Source of the DNA: Elsinoe ampelina
Taxonomy: Eukaryota
DNA length: 64,000 nt
Assembly: GCA_010093995.1 (NCBI GenBank)
Contig: ML992503.1
Location: 1,987,328 to 2,051,327, forward strand
Reading direction: 5' to 3'
The translations under genes and the position numbers were made by a program. The notes beneath the pieces are model-generated. The model searched no databases. It worked only from the letters and a program-made list of their open reading frames with translations, and was not told the DNA's origin. Every line of letters begins with the position of its first letter. Position 1 is the stretch's first letter. Positions 11,864-23,109 of this stretch are shown here, piece by piece.

Positions 11864-12706
11864 ATGTCTGGTCTCAACGGAAGAGTCGTAAGTGAGACAG
11901 CGATGCGGGACACTGACCAATCCTGATTACATGTTCTAGGTCGCTATCACCGGGGCCGCGTCGGGCATGGGCCTTGCCACCGCCCAGCTTCTATCGTCAA
12001 GGGGTGCTAGGATTGCGCTCGGTGACATCAACGCCACCGCGCTGTCAGCCGCTGTATCTTCGCTTCCGGACAGCGATTCACATCTGACCACGATCGTTGA
12101 TGTACGGTCATCTGCCTCTGTAGATGCCTGGGTGTCAGGCATCGTCGAAAACTTTGGCCGTCTAGATGCCGCGGTCAATATGGCCGGCATTATCACACCG
12201 GCCAAGCCCATTGTCGACACCACCGATGAAGAATGGGACAATGTATTTGCTGTCAACGCAAAGGGCGTGTTCAACTGTGTCCGCGCCGAGCTGAAGCACA
12301 TGACCAAAGGAGGCAGCATTGTACGTGTGCTCGCAGGAGCGAGCCACCCGCATTCCTAATGCCATTCGTGCAGGTCAATGCAGCGAGCGTCTTCGCCCAG
12401 TACGGAGCACCCAATCACGTTCCATACAACGCCAGCAAAGCGGCCGTCATCCAGATCACCAGAACTGCAGCGAAAGAAAACCAGCATATCCGAGTCAACG
12501 CCGTCGCTCCGGGATCTGTGAACACCGCTATGGCTAGATCGGAGCGGAGTGACCCCGCAGAGATCGCCAAGGCGTATGCTCATACTGCGCAGAAACGAAG
12601 GGGTGAGCCAGAGGAGGTTGCGGCTGTGATTGCGTTTCTGATCAGTGATGAAGCTAGCTTTGTGACTGGTGCTGTGATGAATGTTGATGGTGGGTGGGTG
12701 TGCTAG
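11864..12706 (+). CDS. classical SDR oxidoreductase
   Basis: Exons 11864-11887, 11940-12320 and 12374-12706 (GT-AG introns 11888-11939 and 12321-12373). Motifs TGAASGMG, NMAG, YNASK, VNAVAPG and FVTGAVMNVDGG. Confidence 0.9.
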
Positions 12707-13124
12707 TCGCAGGGTGGGAGTGACCTCATAGCAGCAATGTGGCTCATGTATGTAATTAGGCAAGTTAACAGACATTGTCTTCTGGCAGTAGTCAAGGGGC
12801 GGGAAGTACCATACTTTGGTCTAAGATACCTAATTTCGATGCCAGGCGCTGCGACGCTGGCCAGGATCGCAGACAAGCATGTCGCATGCTGGAAGCAGTA
12901 CCTAAGCGCTATTGAATGAGTCATTGATGAATCGTTGTATTGTTCGTATCGATGTAGCATGCTCATAGCCCAGATGTGCCAGGACCTCGGTGTTGTAAAG
13001 ACTGATGGCTAAATTCATACAGCGAATCAGGAACAGTGGGTGACTTACCGACTCCAACCTTCAAATCCAATGACGTCGAGTCTTTCTTCCTAAGCTCCTG
13101 TAATAGTTTCGAACCTGTAAATTA

Positions 13125-14247
13125 ATGTACCTACACAGAACACTGTGGCTGATCAGTCGTGGCCGTATATATAGACCAGCCTCTTTCACCTCAAGGTCGA
13201 TGGCGACCACGGTTAATGGCGACTTGAACAACACGGCGGCGGAACGAGTCCGCAGTGCCATTGCGATCGACCCATCCTATCGCCACTCTTCTTTCGCCAT
13301 TGCCCTCGATGCGTCAAGCGATGAACCCGAACTCCGGGAGAAGTATCGCCCCTTTCTACTCCCAGCCGAACATTCAGCCAAGGACTGGATCTCCGAGCTG
13401 GAATTGAGTACAACCCTACAGATGGTGGATGATCATGTGATCAAGAAAGGGGCCGAGAGATTAAAGATCCTCGTTCTGTACGGCAGCATGCGGGAACGGT
13501 AGAACCAACGCGGACTGTACGACAGTCCTGGCCTTGGTCGTATGAGACTGACAATCGGCAGCTCATATTCACGCCTGCTCGCCTTTGAGGCTAGCAGGAT
13601 CCTCTTCCGTCTCGGCTGCGACGTCCGCGTCTACAACCCTAGTGGACTACCGGTAAAGGATGACGTACAGCACTCGCACGCGAAAGTCCAAGAACTGCGT
13701 GAATTGAGCAAGTGGAGCGACGGTCACGTGTGGATAAGTCCTGAGCAGCATGGAAATCTGGTAGGGATTTCAATTCACTCCGGCCAGCGTGCATGGCTAA
13801 TGCACTCGTGTCCGCTAGACCGCCGTCTTCAAGAACCAGATCGATTGGATCCCGCTCTCGACTGGCTCCGTCCGACCGACACAAGGTCGCACACTGGCCA
13901 TCGCCCAAGTCTCCGGGGGCTCGCAATCATTCAACACGGTCAATTCTCTCCGTGTTCTTGGTCGATGGATGCGCATGTTCACCATACCTAACCAAAGCTC
14001 GATCCCGAAGGCGTATACGCAGTTCACGGATGTGGATGCTGAAGAAGGAGGGAGCAGGTTGATGCCGAGCGGGAACAGAGATAGACTCGTCGACTGTATG
14101 GAGGAGTTTGTGAAGTATACGCTTGTTATGCGGCCTCATTTCGATCTCTTTGGGGATCGATATAGTGAGAGGGAGGAGAGAAGGAGGAAGGAGGAGCCTT
14201 CGAAAGCATCAGGAGCAGAGACCAAGATCTCTATAGCGGATATTTAA
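13125..14247 (+). CDS. arsH: ArsH, NADPH-dependent FMN reductase / organoarsenical oxidase family
   Basis: Exons 13125-13498, 13562-13760 and 13819-14247 (introns 13499-13561 and 13761-13818). Motifs [72 protein letters not shown] and DRYSER. Alternative ATG at 13200. Confidence 0.92.
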
Positions 14248-14521
14248 TTTTGACGTGTATATAGAGAGTGGGCGTGATACCCTGAGGACTCAGCTTCATG
14301 TCTAAGAAGGCCCTCTTCTTTGAGGCCCTCCTTGATCTTTTTTCATTTCGAATTCTCGCTGGCCTCTACAACGACGTTACGGGTCTGTCTACGCTGTTTC
14401 TACGACGCGCCAAGAATTGACACTTGACAGCGACTGTGAGTCCTGTCTACCTCGACCGAGGAGATGACATAGGTCAACTGCCCCATTTGATCTTCCAGTA
14501 ACCCCTTTCACTCCCAAGCAC

Positions 14522-16186
14522 TCACGGCGTTGTGTCATATGTAATACTCGGATCGTAACACGCGCCATCAATGTCCACACCATCAACCAATTGGAACGTC
14601 TGGCCCGCGGTCCCGAAACGAGCAATCTGACTATCGTCGGGCGTACTAGCATTGTAGGCAGGCCACCCACTCCCAGGCAAACTCCCAGGGTTCAAGACAA
14701 AATCATACAGCAAGTCCTGCATCCTCTCCGAAGTAGCACGCTCGAAATCCGGGACTTCGCCGGGAGCGATCCCGTATGTGCCGAAGAAAAAGTACAAATC
14801 GGAGTAGTGATACGCCCCTAGCCAAGGCACTCCTCCGTTGACGTTTGAGAAGTTCCCGGCCCATTCGTAACGGTAAGTGGTCAATCCGGCTTGTTCGCGG
14901 TAGAAGCTAGTGTTGTAGGCATTGCAAACGGTGCCTAGGGTCTGGGTGTAAATGCGTTGCTCGGAAGGTCCGGCTGTGTAGTTGTTGATTGGGAAGGGAA
15001 CCAGCGCTGATGCTTCTCTGGCAGTGGTGCCGATCATCTTGGGGATCTTCGCGATGTTGCCGGATCGAGTTTTCTCGATGTACTGAGTCGTGTTGAAGAT
15101 GAATTTGTTGTCAGCTACAGAAAGTGTGAGTAAGGCTGGCAGGACAAAAGAAAAGGTAATGCGAGACTTACGGCGTCTGGTAAAGGCGATAGCAGGCTGG
15201 GAGGCGTTGACAAGCGTGGAGTTGTCCTGGTACTGTCCGATGAAATTCTCTAGTCGCGCTACTGGCACGCGACGCATGCATTGTACTTCCAGCTGAGCGT
15301 CTTCAAAGTCACAGCCCATGGCTTTTGCAACGAAAGTAAAGTTGGATCCTGAGAAGTCGGCGTTCTGGTTACGTCCTATAGCAACTCCTGAACTGGAGAC
15401 TGATGCTCGTACGATAGGATTGCGTGGCCAAGCGAATAAGTACTGGTCAGTCAAGCCTGCACCTGCTGATTGCCCCCATAGAGTCATTCTCTTGGGGTCG
15501 CCACCGAAAGCACGGATGTTTTCTGACACCCACTCGACAGCAGCGCGTTGATCCTGTATTGAAAAGTTGGTATTGTTCAAGCCCCTGGCGTTCGGGTATG
15601 AAAATATGTTGACTCGGTAATTGAGGGTGACAACAATGTGCTTCTGGGATCGATGAACCCAGTTGCTAGGGATCTGTGTGGGTATGTTGATACCGCCAGT
15701 GACATCGCCACCGCCAGTTGTGAAGATCATCACTGGTAATTTGGAGTCCGCTGCAGCTTCGGCAGGTGTCCAAATTGCAAGTGATAGGCAATCCTCGGCT
15801 GAGTTCTGCGCCACCTGTCCGGACAACAAACCCTGGCCATAATTGACGATGAGGTTTCCTGTAATGTTGAGAGCCCACACTGATGGAACTCTGGAGACGT
15901 ATTGACTACACGAGGGACCATACGCCGTACTATCATATACAGCGGACGATTTGGGTAGTCGTTCGGGAGGTGTCCAGCGTTTGTCCCCAATCGGCGGCTG
16001 TGATCACGTCAGACTATTCGTGAATTTTCATGTACTTCTCGGACACACCTTGGCATATGGTATCCATTTGAATGTTCGGACGTCGGCGTACTGTTCGTCA
16101 ATTCCTCCAACGAAGGTGCCGGTTCTTGTCTTGATCTTCAGCTGGATTGCTGCAGCAGTAGTCGCAAGCAGGAAGATACGCCACAT
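14522..16186 (-). CDS. secreted type-B carboxylesterase (alpha/beta hydrolase), copy 1
   Basis: ATG 16186 with signal peptide MWRIFLLATTAAA. Introns 16048-15998 and 15171-15115 (the second is in frame and read through in the ORF track). Motifs EDCLSL, GGDP..MTLWGQSAG, GTTAREA (Glu) and GAYHYSDL (His). Confidence 0.88.
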
Positions 16187-16678
16187 AGTGAAAGAAAGCT
16201 GCAGTGATACTCACGAAGCTGCAACTGTTCGAGGACATACTGGTGGCTGCCTTTATGTATTGTTGCGGTCGATCCTATCCTCGATTACAACGACCTACCC
16301 CGCACCGCACGTCACATTGCAGACCATCAAGCGATTCAGTAGCGTCCCGGATTTCGTCTCTGAAGTATTGCAGAAGTGGAAACGATGGAAGTGGTCGGTT
16401 ATCGGCACCACCTCACCAACAAAATCCCCGGACGTGGCTGGACGCCTGAGCCGTCTTGAACGGCAGCACTTCGGGAGATGCCTCGAACTTGATGTGCCTT
16501 GCAGCCATGTCACGCCATGTACGTATTTTCACCATCACGCAGGGCTCGGTAGAAGGTGGATACCTGAATGACATGAAAGTGTCTACATAGCATTCCCCCG
16601 ATCTCGGCTACGGCACAGTCTCTCCGTTCGGCGCCTTGTACAGCCGTGATGAAGAGCCTTCAAGCGCATCGACATTGC

Positions 16679-18419
16679 TCAAGCCAGGAGCTTCTGAACA
16701 AAATCTATAGCCTCAGCTCGATAAATGTCAGGTTCGATGTACAATGGACGTGTGGCGTTGACGTCCATGACGAGATTGACTTTGCTGGCGTTTGTATACA
16801 TCGGCCACGAGACGGGTACTGCACCGTATTAGTGCCATTAATCACAACGATAAAAGAGAACTACACTTACGCCCTCGGTAGTTCGGGTCGAGATCATGGA
16901 TGAAACTCGCCCACATCCTCGACATCCATTTCGCCATGTCGTAATAGATCCTTGGCTTTCCAGCGAATGGTGGGAATGCGACAGCGTTCTGATAGCCCAC
17001 GCCCAGTGTATTGTCGAATACCCAGGCGACTTCTGCAAAGTGTGTCACACCAGTAGCAGCAGCGACGCCCGCCGGGAACACATTAAAGTGGTAGCTGTAA
17101 GTATTGACACCATATTTGGCGCACATTTGGGTCATAAAGCGCCGTGGCGCATGCTGACGGACATCACCCGCTAATGCACAGGTCCGCTTGTACTGTGATC
17201 CAAGCTTGGGATCTGTTGGCCGACCTATAAGGGTAGCTGGTATTCCGATCTCGGGAATGTCAGGATAGAGGACGTTCAGGTTCGCAATGACGGAGGCGTT
17301 ATAACCAGATGACTGCAGCCATTTCTCCCAGTCAGTGTCATTGTTGACACCTTCTTTGCGCCACATGGTACCTTCATCGTGGTTGCGGCCTTGGAGCATG
17401 GGAACGCGAACGAATTGTCCATTCCGCATCTGATCCAGTCCTGAGCCTACCAGAAGATCGCCATCGACTGTACCGCCGAAGATGCCTCCAGCGGTGACCG
17501 AGCTGTTGAAGATGGAACTGAGCTGATCCACTGGTAGACGTCTGAGGCAAGCTAGAGTATCGGCTGAAGAATCGCAGCCAGTAGCCTTCGTGATATTGTC
17601 ATAGGTTGGTTGCCAAGCGGAGATGTTGGCATAGCCACGGGCAGGCGAGCCGCTCTGGTAGACTACACCTCGGAAGAGGCCATCATCCCTGCCTCCGTAG
17701 GCGATCATCTGGACACCCGCGCTAGTCGCACCAGCGCTCTCACCCCAAATAGTGACCTTGCCGGGATCTCCACCAAAGGCTGCGATGTTCTCCTGAATCC
17801 AATGCAGGGCCAAACGCTGGTCGAAGTAGGCGTTATTGAGCGACCCTTCAGCCGCAATTTCCTTGCCTGAGATGAAGCCCCATGTCTGCTTCCTGTAGTT
17901 GACGTTGATGGCAATGATTGGCTGCTTGTTCTCGACAGACTGCTGTACAATGAATGACGTATTGTATCGGGGATCGTTTCCGCCACCTTGAGTACCTCCA
18001 CCGCCGTGGATCCAAAAGCCGACTGGTAGGCCTGCATTAGGTCTGGTCCCTGCAGGCCGCACGATGCTTAACGTCAAGCAATCCTCAGAGAAGGCTCGAG
18101 GGTTTGCCCAATCGTCACTGCCATAGCCGATGCAGTCTGGTCCCCATTCGGTGACAAGCTTTTGACCTGTCCAGGTCGTATTCAAGGATTGCGGATGTCT
18201 GAAGCGAAGGTCTCCCACAGGCGGCTGTGCGAAAGGTACGCTCAAGAAGAGGTCTTCGTCGTACTCTGGTAGGTAGCGACCTGTGAAAGTCCCATTGCGG
18301 ACAGTTGCGGTGGGTGGTCTGCGTGATGAGCCTGATGAGCCTGGATGAGCATTGCTGGTTTCACTGAAGAGCAACAGCAGCACTGAGGCAGCCGTGTACC
18401 ACGAGTGATGAGAAAACAT
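16679..18419 (-). CDS. secreted type-B carboxylesterase / fungal lipase-like, copy 2
   Basis: ATG 18419 with signal peptide. Intron 16870-16819 restores the C-terminus ..LPVSWPMY..EPDIYRAEAIDFVQKLLA*. Motifs SEDCLTL, WIHGGG, WGESAG, GRNHDEG and GVTHFAEV. Confidence 0.9.
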
Positions 18420-19175
18420 CTTGCGAGCAGCCAAATAGTGGTTCTGGTAGGCACCGTTGAGCACTGTGAATTGCAAGTGCCGTCAGCAGCTTTTATGCCG
18501 ATACCATGTACCGCTACCGGCCCCATTGTCATCAACGCATGCTCTCCGAGTAATTCTTCAAGGCTTGTGACTGCCAAGCAAGTCAAACGGCATGTAAAAA
18601 GAGGATCTTATCTTGATCAAGCATCAATATTGTGCCTACGATCCCCTCCCGTGAGCGGCTTACCCCTCATGGCCGTAGTCGGAGCCACGCCACGAATCCG
18701 CTTTAGTGTCATTAGGAGCTGGCGTCCCATCATTTCTGCCGTACTATTCAAGTACCCCTCACCTGGTTGACTCGGGCAAGTCTTCGATGCGGGGTGGATC
18801 GGCAAAAATGATGAAAGTTGGAGAATTTCATGAGCAAGGGGCAGGTATATAGCTCGCTGATGACGTCAGTCTGGACTCCATCGCTCGGTTGGATTGAAGA
18901 CGAGAAGGCACACGTCGTGAATCTTTCCACAGCTTCGCATCGAGAATCCATCATGCAAGAACCAGGTGCAAAAACCTTCCTCCGCGTCATAAGTGCCCAA
19001 GACGTCGGAACAAGACAGCCGGAGGCTGGTGCACATCTGACATCGATGCCCTTGCCACAGATGAGTCCGACCCGTGACCGCCATAGTTTTCCTGTCGTCG
19101 ATTTTTTGCCCTTCGTCTTGCGTATACCCAATTCTGCCTCTCTGTACCAGTACACAAGGTTTGGTAGTTAATAAG

Positions 19176-20835
19176 ATGGTGCGGATGCGTTCACTTCTCT
19201 GTAGCGTGGCTTTGTACCTGGCTACAGTGACGGCTATTGCAACTCAAGAGGTAGACAACACCTACTTTGGCATCAACGATAATGGCAATTCACTTGTGGT
19301 TCAAAGCACAAGTGGTATCTGTAGGTCTCGCTTTTATTTCGCGATCTGCATTCCCCCAACTAGCTGACTCCTTTTCCAAGTACACGGCGCTGTCAACGCC
19401 AGTGCCCCCCTTGTCCGTCAATGGTTAGGAGTTCCATTTGCTCAGGCACCGGTCGGCAGCTTGAGGTTTGCTTTGCCTCAGCCGCTGCCTGCGAACGCCT
19501 CGAGCCGGCATCTTGAGGTCAAAGCATTCGGTCCCAGCTGTCCACAGTACGAATCAACCGTGCCATCCATATACAACAAGATTGTCCGCGAATTCTTCAT
19601 CTGGGGGTCGAGCGGAGATGACTGCCTGAGTGTAAGCATTTGGGCACCCTTGGAACCAGTGAAGGAGAAGCTTCCCGTCATCATCTGGGTCTACGGAGGT
19701 GGAAGCACGACAGGAGGCTCGTCGGTTCCCTACCAGAATCCACAGAAATGGGTTCAGCGTACACAAGCCCACATCGTTGTATCTCTCCAGTACCGTCTGA
19801 ACTTCTTCGGGTCGCCCAATGCTCCAGGCCTTAATCAGAATCTTGCCTTCTTCGACACGAGACTTGCTCTGGAATGGATCCGCGACAATATCGCAGGGTT
19901 TGGTGGCGATCCCGACAAGATGGTTCTCTGGGGTCAATCCGCTGGTGCAACCCGCGTGGGCGAACAAAGTCTAGCATATGTTGACGATCCGATTGTCAAA
20001 GGCTACATCCAAAATTCGGGTGGCACGTACGACGTCCGGAGCCCCTACACCGACACGTCCTTCAAGAACTTCACATTCGTCGCCAACAGCTTCGGATGTA
20101 CCGGCGACCTTGCCAATCTCACCGCCTGTCTCCGCACAAAGCCACAATCCGACATCGAGTCCTTCATCCAATACTGGGTCGACACTGCTCAGAAACCTCC
20201 ACTCAGCTTCCAATTCCTAACCGACAACACCACCACATGGGCGAACGGCACCCAGGCAATCATTACAGGTTCCTATTCCCGCCTCCCAAAAATCCTAGCC
20301 CACTGCGAAGCAAGCCCCCTCCCCTCCCGCCCAAACCCCCCCTGCTAACAACCATCAGCGCGACGGCGCCTCCCTAGCAGCCTGCAGCACCCCAGACTGC
20401 ACCCTCCCGCCCCTCCCCGCCCTCGAGCTCGCCGCCACCCAACGCACCCGCTGCGTAGGCGTCGCCGAAGCCCGCCTCCGCAACTCCCTCAACCTCACCA
20501 CCTACCGCTACATGTACGCCGGCAACTTCACCAACATCGCTCCCCTGCCCTGGATGGGTGCGTACCACAGCAGCGAGTTGCCCTTGATCATGGGCACGTT
20601 TGGGGATCATAGGGGGAGGGGGACGCCGTTTCAGAGCGCGACGAGTCAGGCGATGCAGGATGCGTATTTGGCTTTTGCGGAGGACCCGGAGGGGGGTTTG
20701 GCGGGGAGGGGGTGGGAGAGGTATGAGAGTGGGTTGGTCCAGGTTTTTGGTGGGAGTGAGAATGGGACTGAATGGACGGAGAGGTCGGTGCCGAGGGATG
20801 AGGTGGAGGGTATTTGTGATGGGTACTACCGGTAG
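19176..20835 (+). CDS. secreted type-B carboxylesterase, copy 3
   Basis: Signal peptide MVRMRSLLCSVALYLATVTA. Intron 19321-19380 (GT-AG) and probable GC-AG intron 20310-20358. Motifs GVPFAQAPVGSLRF, DDCLSV, WGQSAG and GAYHSSEL. Confidence 0.85.
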
Positions 20836-20999
20836 GTATTGTATAGCCATGATTTGGCCACAGGTGGGGTCAGCTAGCCATCGTCGAGTAGGTTGGGTAA
20901 GTATCGAGAAGAAACAGGAAGAGTTTGTGTAAACCAAGCAATTTATCCAATCCTGCTATGCCAGACCCAAGAACGCCACGAATGCAATCGTCGGTGATA

Positions 21000-22602
21000 T
21001 CAATGTCTCTCCTTCATCCTTCCATGGCCTGAATCCCTATCCTCACTACTCAGATCCCCGATGTCCCGGGCGTCCTCATCATCGCTGATGAGGCCTTCGA
21101 GCTCGAACTCCTCAGCCTGCCGGACCTGCCTTCGCTCGTTGGGATCAGTATGTCCATTCATAGCATGGCCGTTCAAGGCGTGGCCGTTGAGCATAGGCAC
21201 AGCTTCCGAGTCGAGGTCGTGCTTTGATGTCTTGTTCGATGTCTGGGTAGAGAAGATCCTGAGCAGGACGAGAGTGACTGTCACACATTAGCACTATCCC
21301 GCCAATCGTAGAGCGGCAACTTACAAAGGAACAAGACAAACGCAACGCTGTACAGAATCAGGATGTACGAAACATGGTCCACGCCGGCTTCTGACAACAT
21401 GGACATCTCCTCTTCGGTAGCGCCCATGAAGAGAAAGCCTCCAGCGAAGAGCAGATATGGCGTCAAGTATTGCCAGCTATGGCTCTCGTATTCCGGCGCA
21501 TCGTTCTCGCTAGCAGTGCCTGCCTGGGTCTGCAGCTCTTGCAGACTCGCTCGGTCCCGCAGGACAAAGCTGATCTCGATAATTCTGGCCAATCCAGCAG
21601 CCATGAGCGTGTATCCAAACACAGAGTGCATCATGGTGCTCAACATCAGATGCTGAGGATGCGAGCTCATCGCCCATCCAGTAATGAAGATCACCATGCC
21701 AGGAATCAGATTCCTCTTCGGCCTCCCCTTGCTATCCCGACTCAACCACATCCCCACCAACCCAGCAGCCCACCACACAATCCCCATACTCGTATGCTGC
21801 AAATCGTTATGCGCCCACTCATGTCCCCACCTATGCTCGGTAAAAGTATTCACACATCCCCAGGCCGCAATCAGACTCGAATCAAAAAACTCCTGACTCC
21901 TCTTCCTCCTCTGCAACCACGCCTGCCCCACCAACAACAGTATACACAACACAATCCCATACGCAATAAACGCGCTCCCCATGATGAAATGTGCCAAACA
22001 CTGCCCCAAATGATCCGCCCTGCAAAAACCCTGCATCGCGATCCCCCCAAACAACATCTGCACCCACGCCGCAACCGGCACCACGATCCCCGTCACCTTG
22101 TGTATCCGTACAAAGAAACCCCTGCTCTTCCCAAACAGTCCTCGTTCCAGATGCAACCGCAAGTACGCCCCAAGCGCCACCTGCACGATCAACAACAGCA
22201 TCAACCAGTTCGCGAACCCCGAGTGGGCGCCGGGCGAGAACTGGCGGCCTTTGTGCGAGTGTCCCAGGAAGTAGCCCACGATGGCGAGGACGGTGCCGAG
22301 GACTTGGACGGGGACGTGGAAGCGGGAGCGCACGAGGCCCAGGACCATGCCGAGGGGGAAGAGGATGCCCCATGCGAAGGTTTGGAGGAGGATGTGTGTC
22401 CAGAGGATGGAGTCCTGGAAGGGTGGGTTAGCGGGGGAGGGAAGGAGAGGGGAGGAGATTGGGGGTGGCTCACGATGGGGTCTTGGGTGATGTGTTGGCC
22501 TTCTGGGATCTCGTCGCCGTGATGGTCGTGGGCGGTGGTGAAGTGGGCGAGACTGGCTATGCAGAGGGCCAGTGCCGCTTTCGTTTGTCTGCGAGTTGCC
22601 AT
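21000..22602 (-). CDS. YTP1: YTP1-like polytopic membrane protein (DUF2427 + Ytp1 domains)
   Basis: Exons 22602-22474, 22414-21325 and 21277-21000. Signal peptide, His-rich TM motifs (HKGRQF, CLAHFIMGSAF, NTFTEHRWG, DLQHTSMG, MSSHPQH) and FMGATEE. Confidence 0.8.
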
Positions 22603-23109
22603 GTCGAGATGAGATGTGCGTCTGCTTGCTGTTGTGGCCAGCGATTCGATGGGGGTCTGTCGGTCGGCGTTGCTAGCTGGGAGATGCGCGGACGATCAAT
22701 CACTGCTCGTCTGCGGTCTGCTATTTGGCCATCTTCGTGTCGGGCCTGCAGTGTGTAAATAATCACAAATTCCCAGACTTGGTCAGCAGGGGGGTGAAGT
22801 CGACAATCAAAGGCTTATGCAAGAGTCCAACGTCTCAAAGTCTATTCGCTCAAGACGATCCCGCAAGTTCCGCCTTCGAGTTCCCGCCCTGTCCGCGGAA
22901 ATGCCAAGACACTGAGGGTCAGCTCTCATTCATTGCCACGACACGTGCGTATTGACACAATGTACAGAGTCGAATCCTAATTCATGCGTAGTGGTATCTC
23001 AAGGAGTACGCTATCTCAGCCGTTTATGTTACACAAATCCCATCCATGCCATGCCATGCCACATCTTGCAATGTCGATTCCAACTCATCCCTCGGTTATC
23101 CCGAGTGTC

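Noticed and set aside
13125..14247. Bacterial contamination or recent horizontal transfer of arsH
   Set aside because: It has two canonical spliceosomal introns, an N-terminal extension and composition like its neighbours. Any transfer would be ancient.
20281..20512. Esterase 3 as a frameshifted pseudogene
   Set aside because: A GC-AG intron with a good branch point restores a gap-free alignment to its paralog.
4198..20835. Secondary-metabolite biosynthetic cluster or fumonisin-type detoxification locus
   Set aside because: No PKS, NRPS, terpene synthase or DMATS is present. The esterase + monooxygenase + permease mix is only loosely similar to a detoxification pathway, and there is no amine oxidase, aminotransferase or aldehyde dehydrogenase.
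21470..22522. 350-aa + strand ORF, and similar long antisense/alternate-frame ORFs (23586-24518, 33533-34246, 48679-49341, 58854-59504)
   Set aside because: They overlap well-supported genes, have no recognisable motifs, and are explained by codon and skew bias.
23044..23060. (CCATG)n microsatellite
   Set aside because: Only about three copies in a 3' UTR region; unremarkable.
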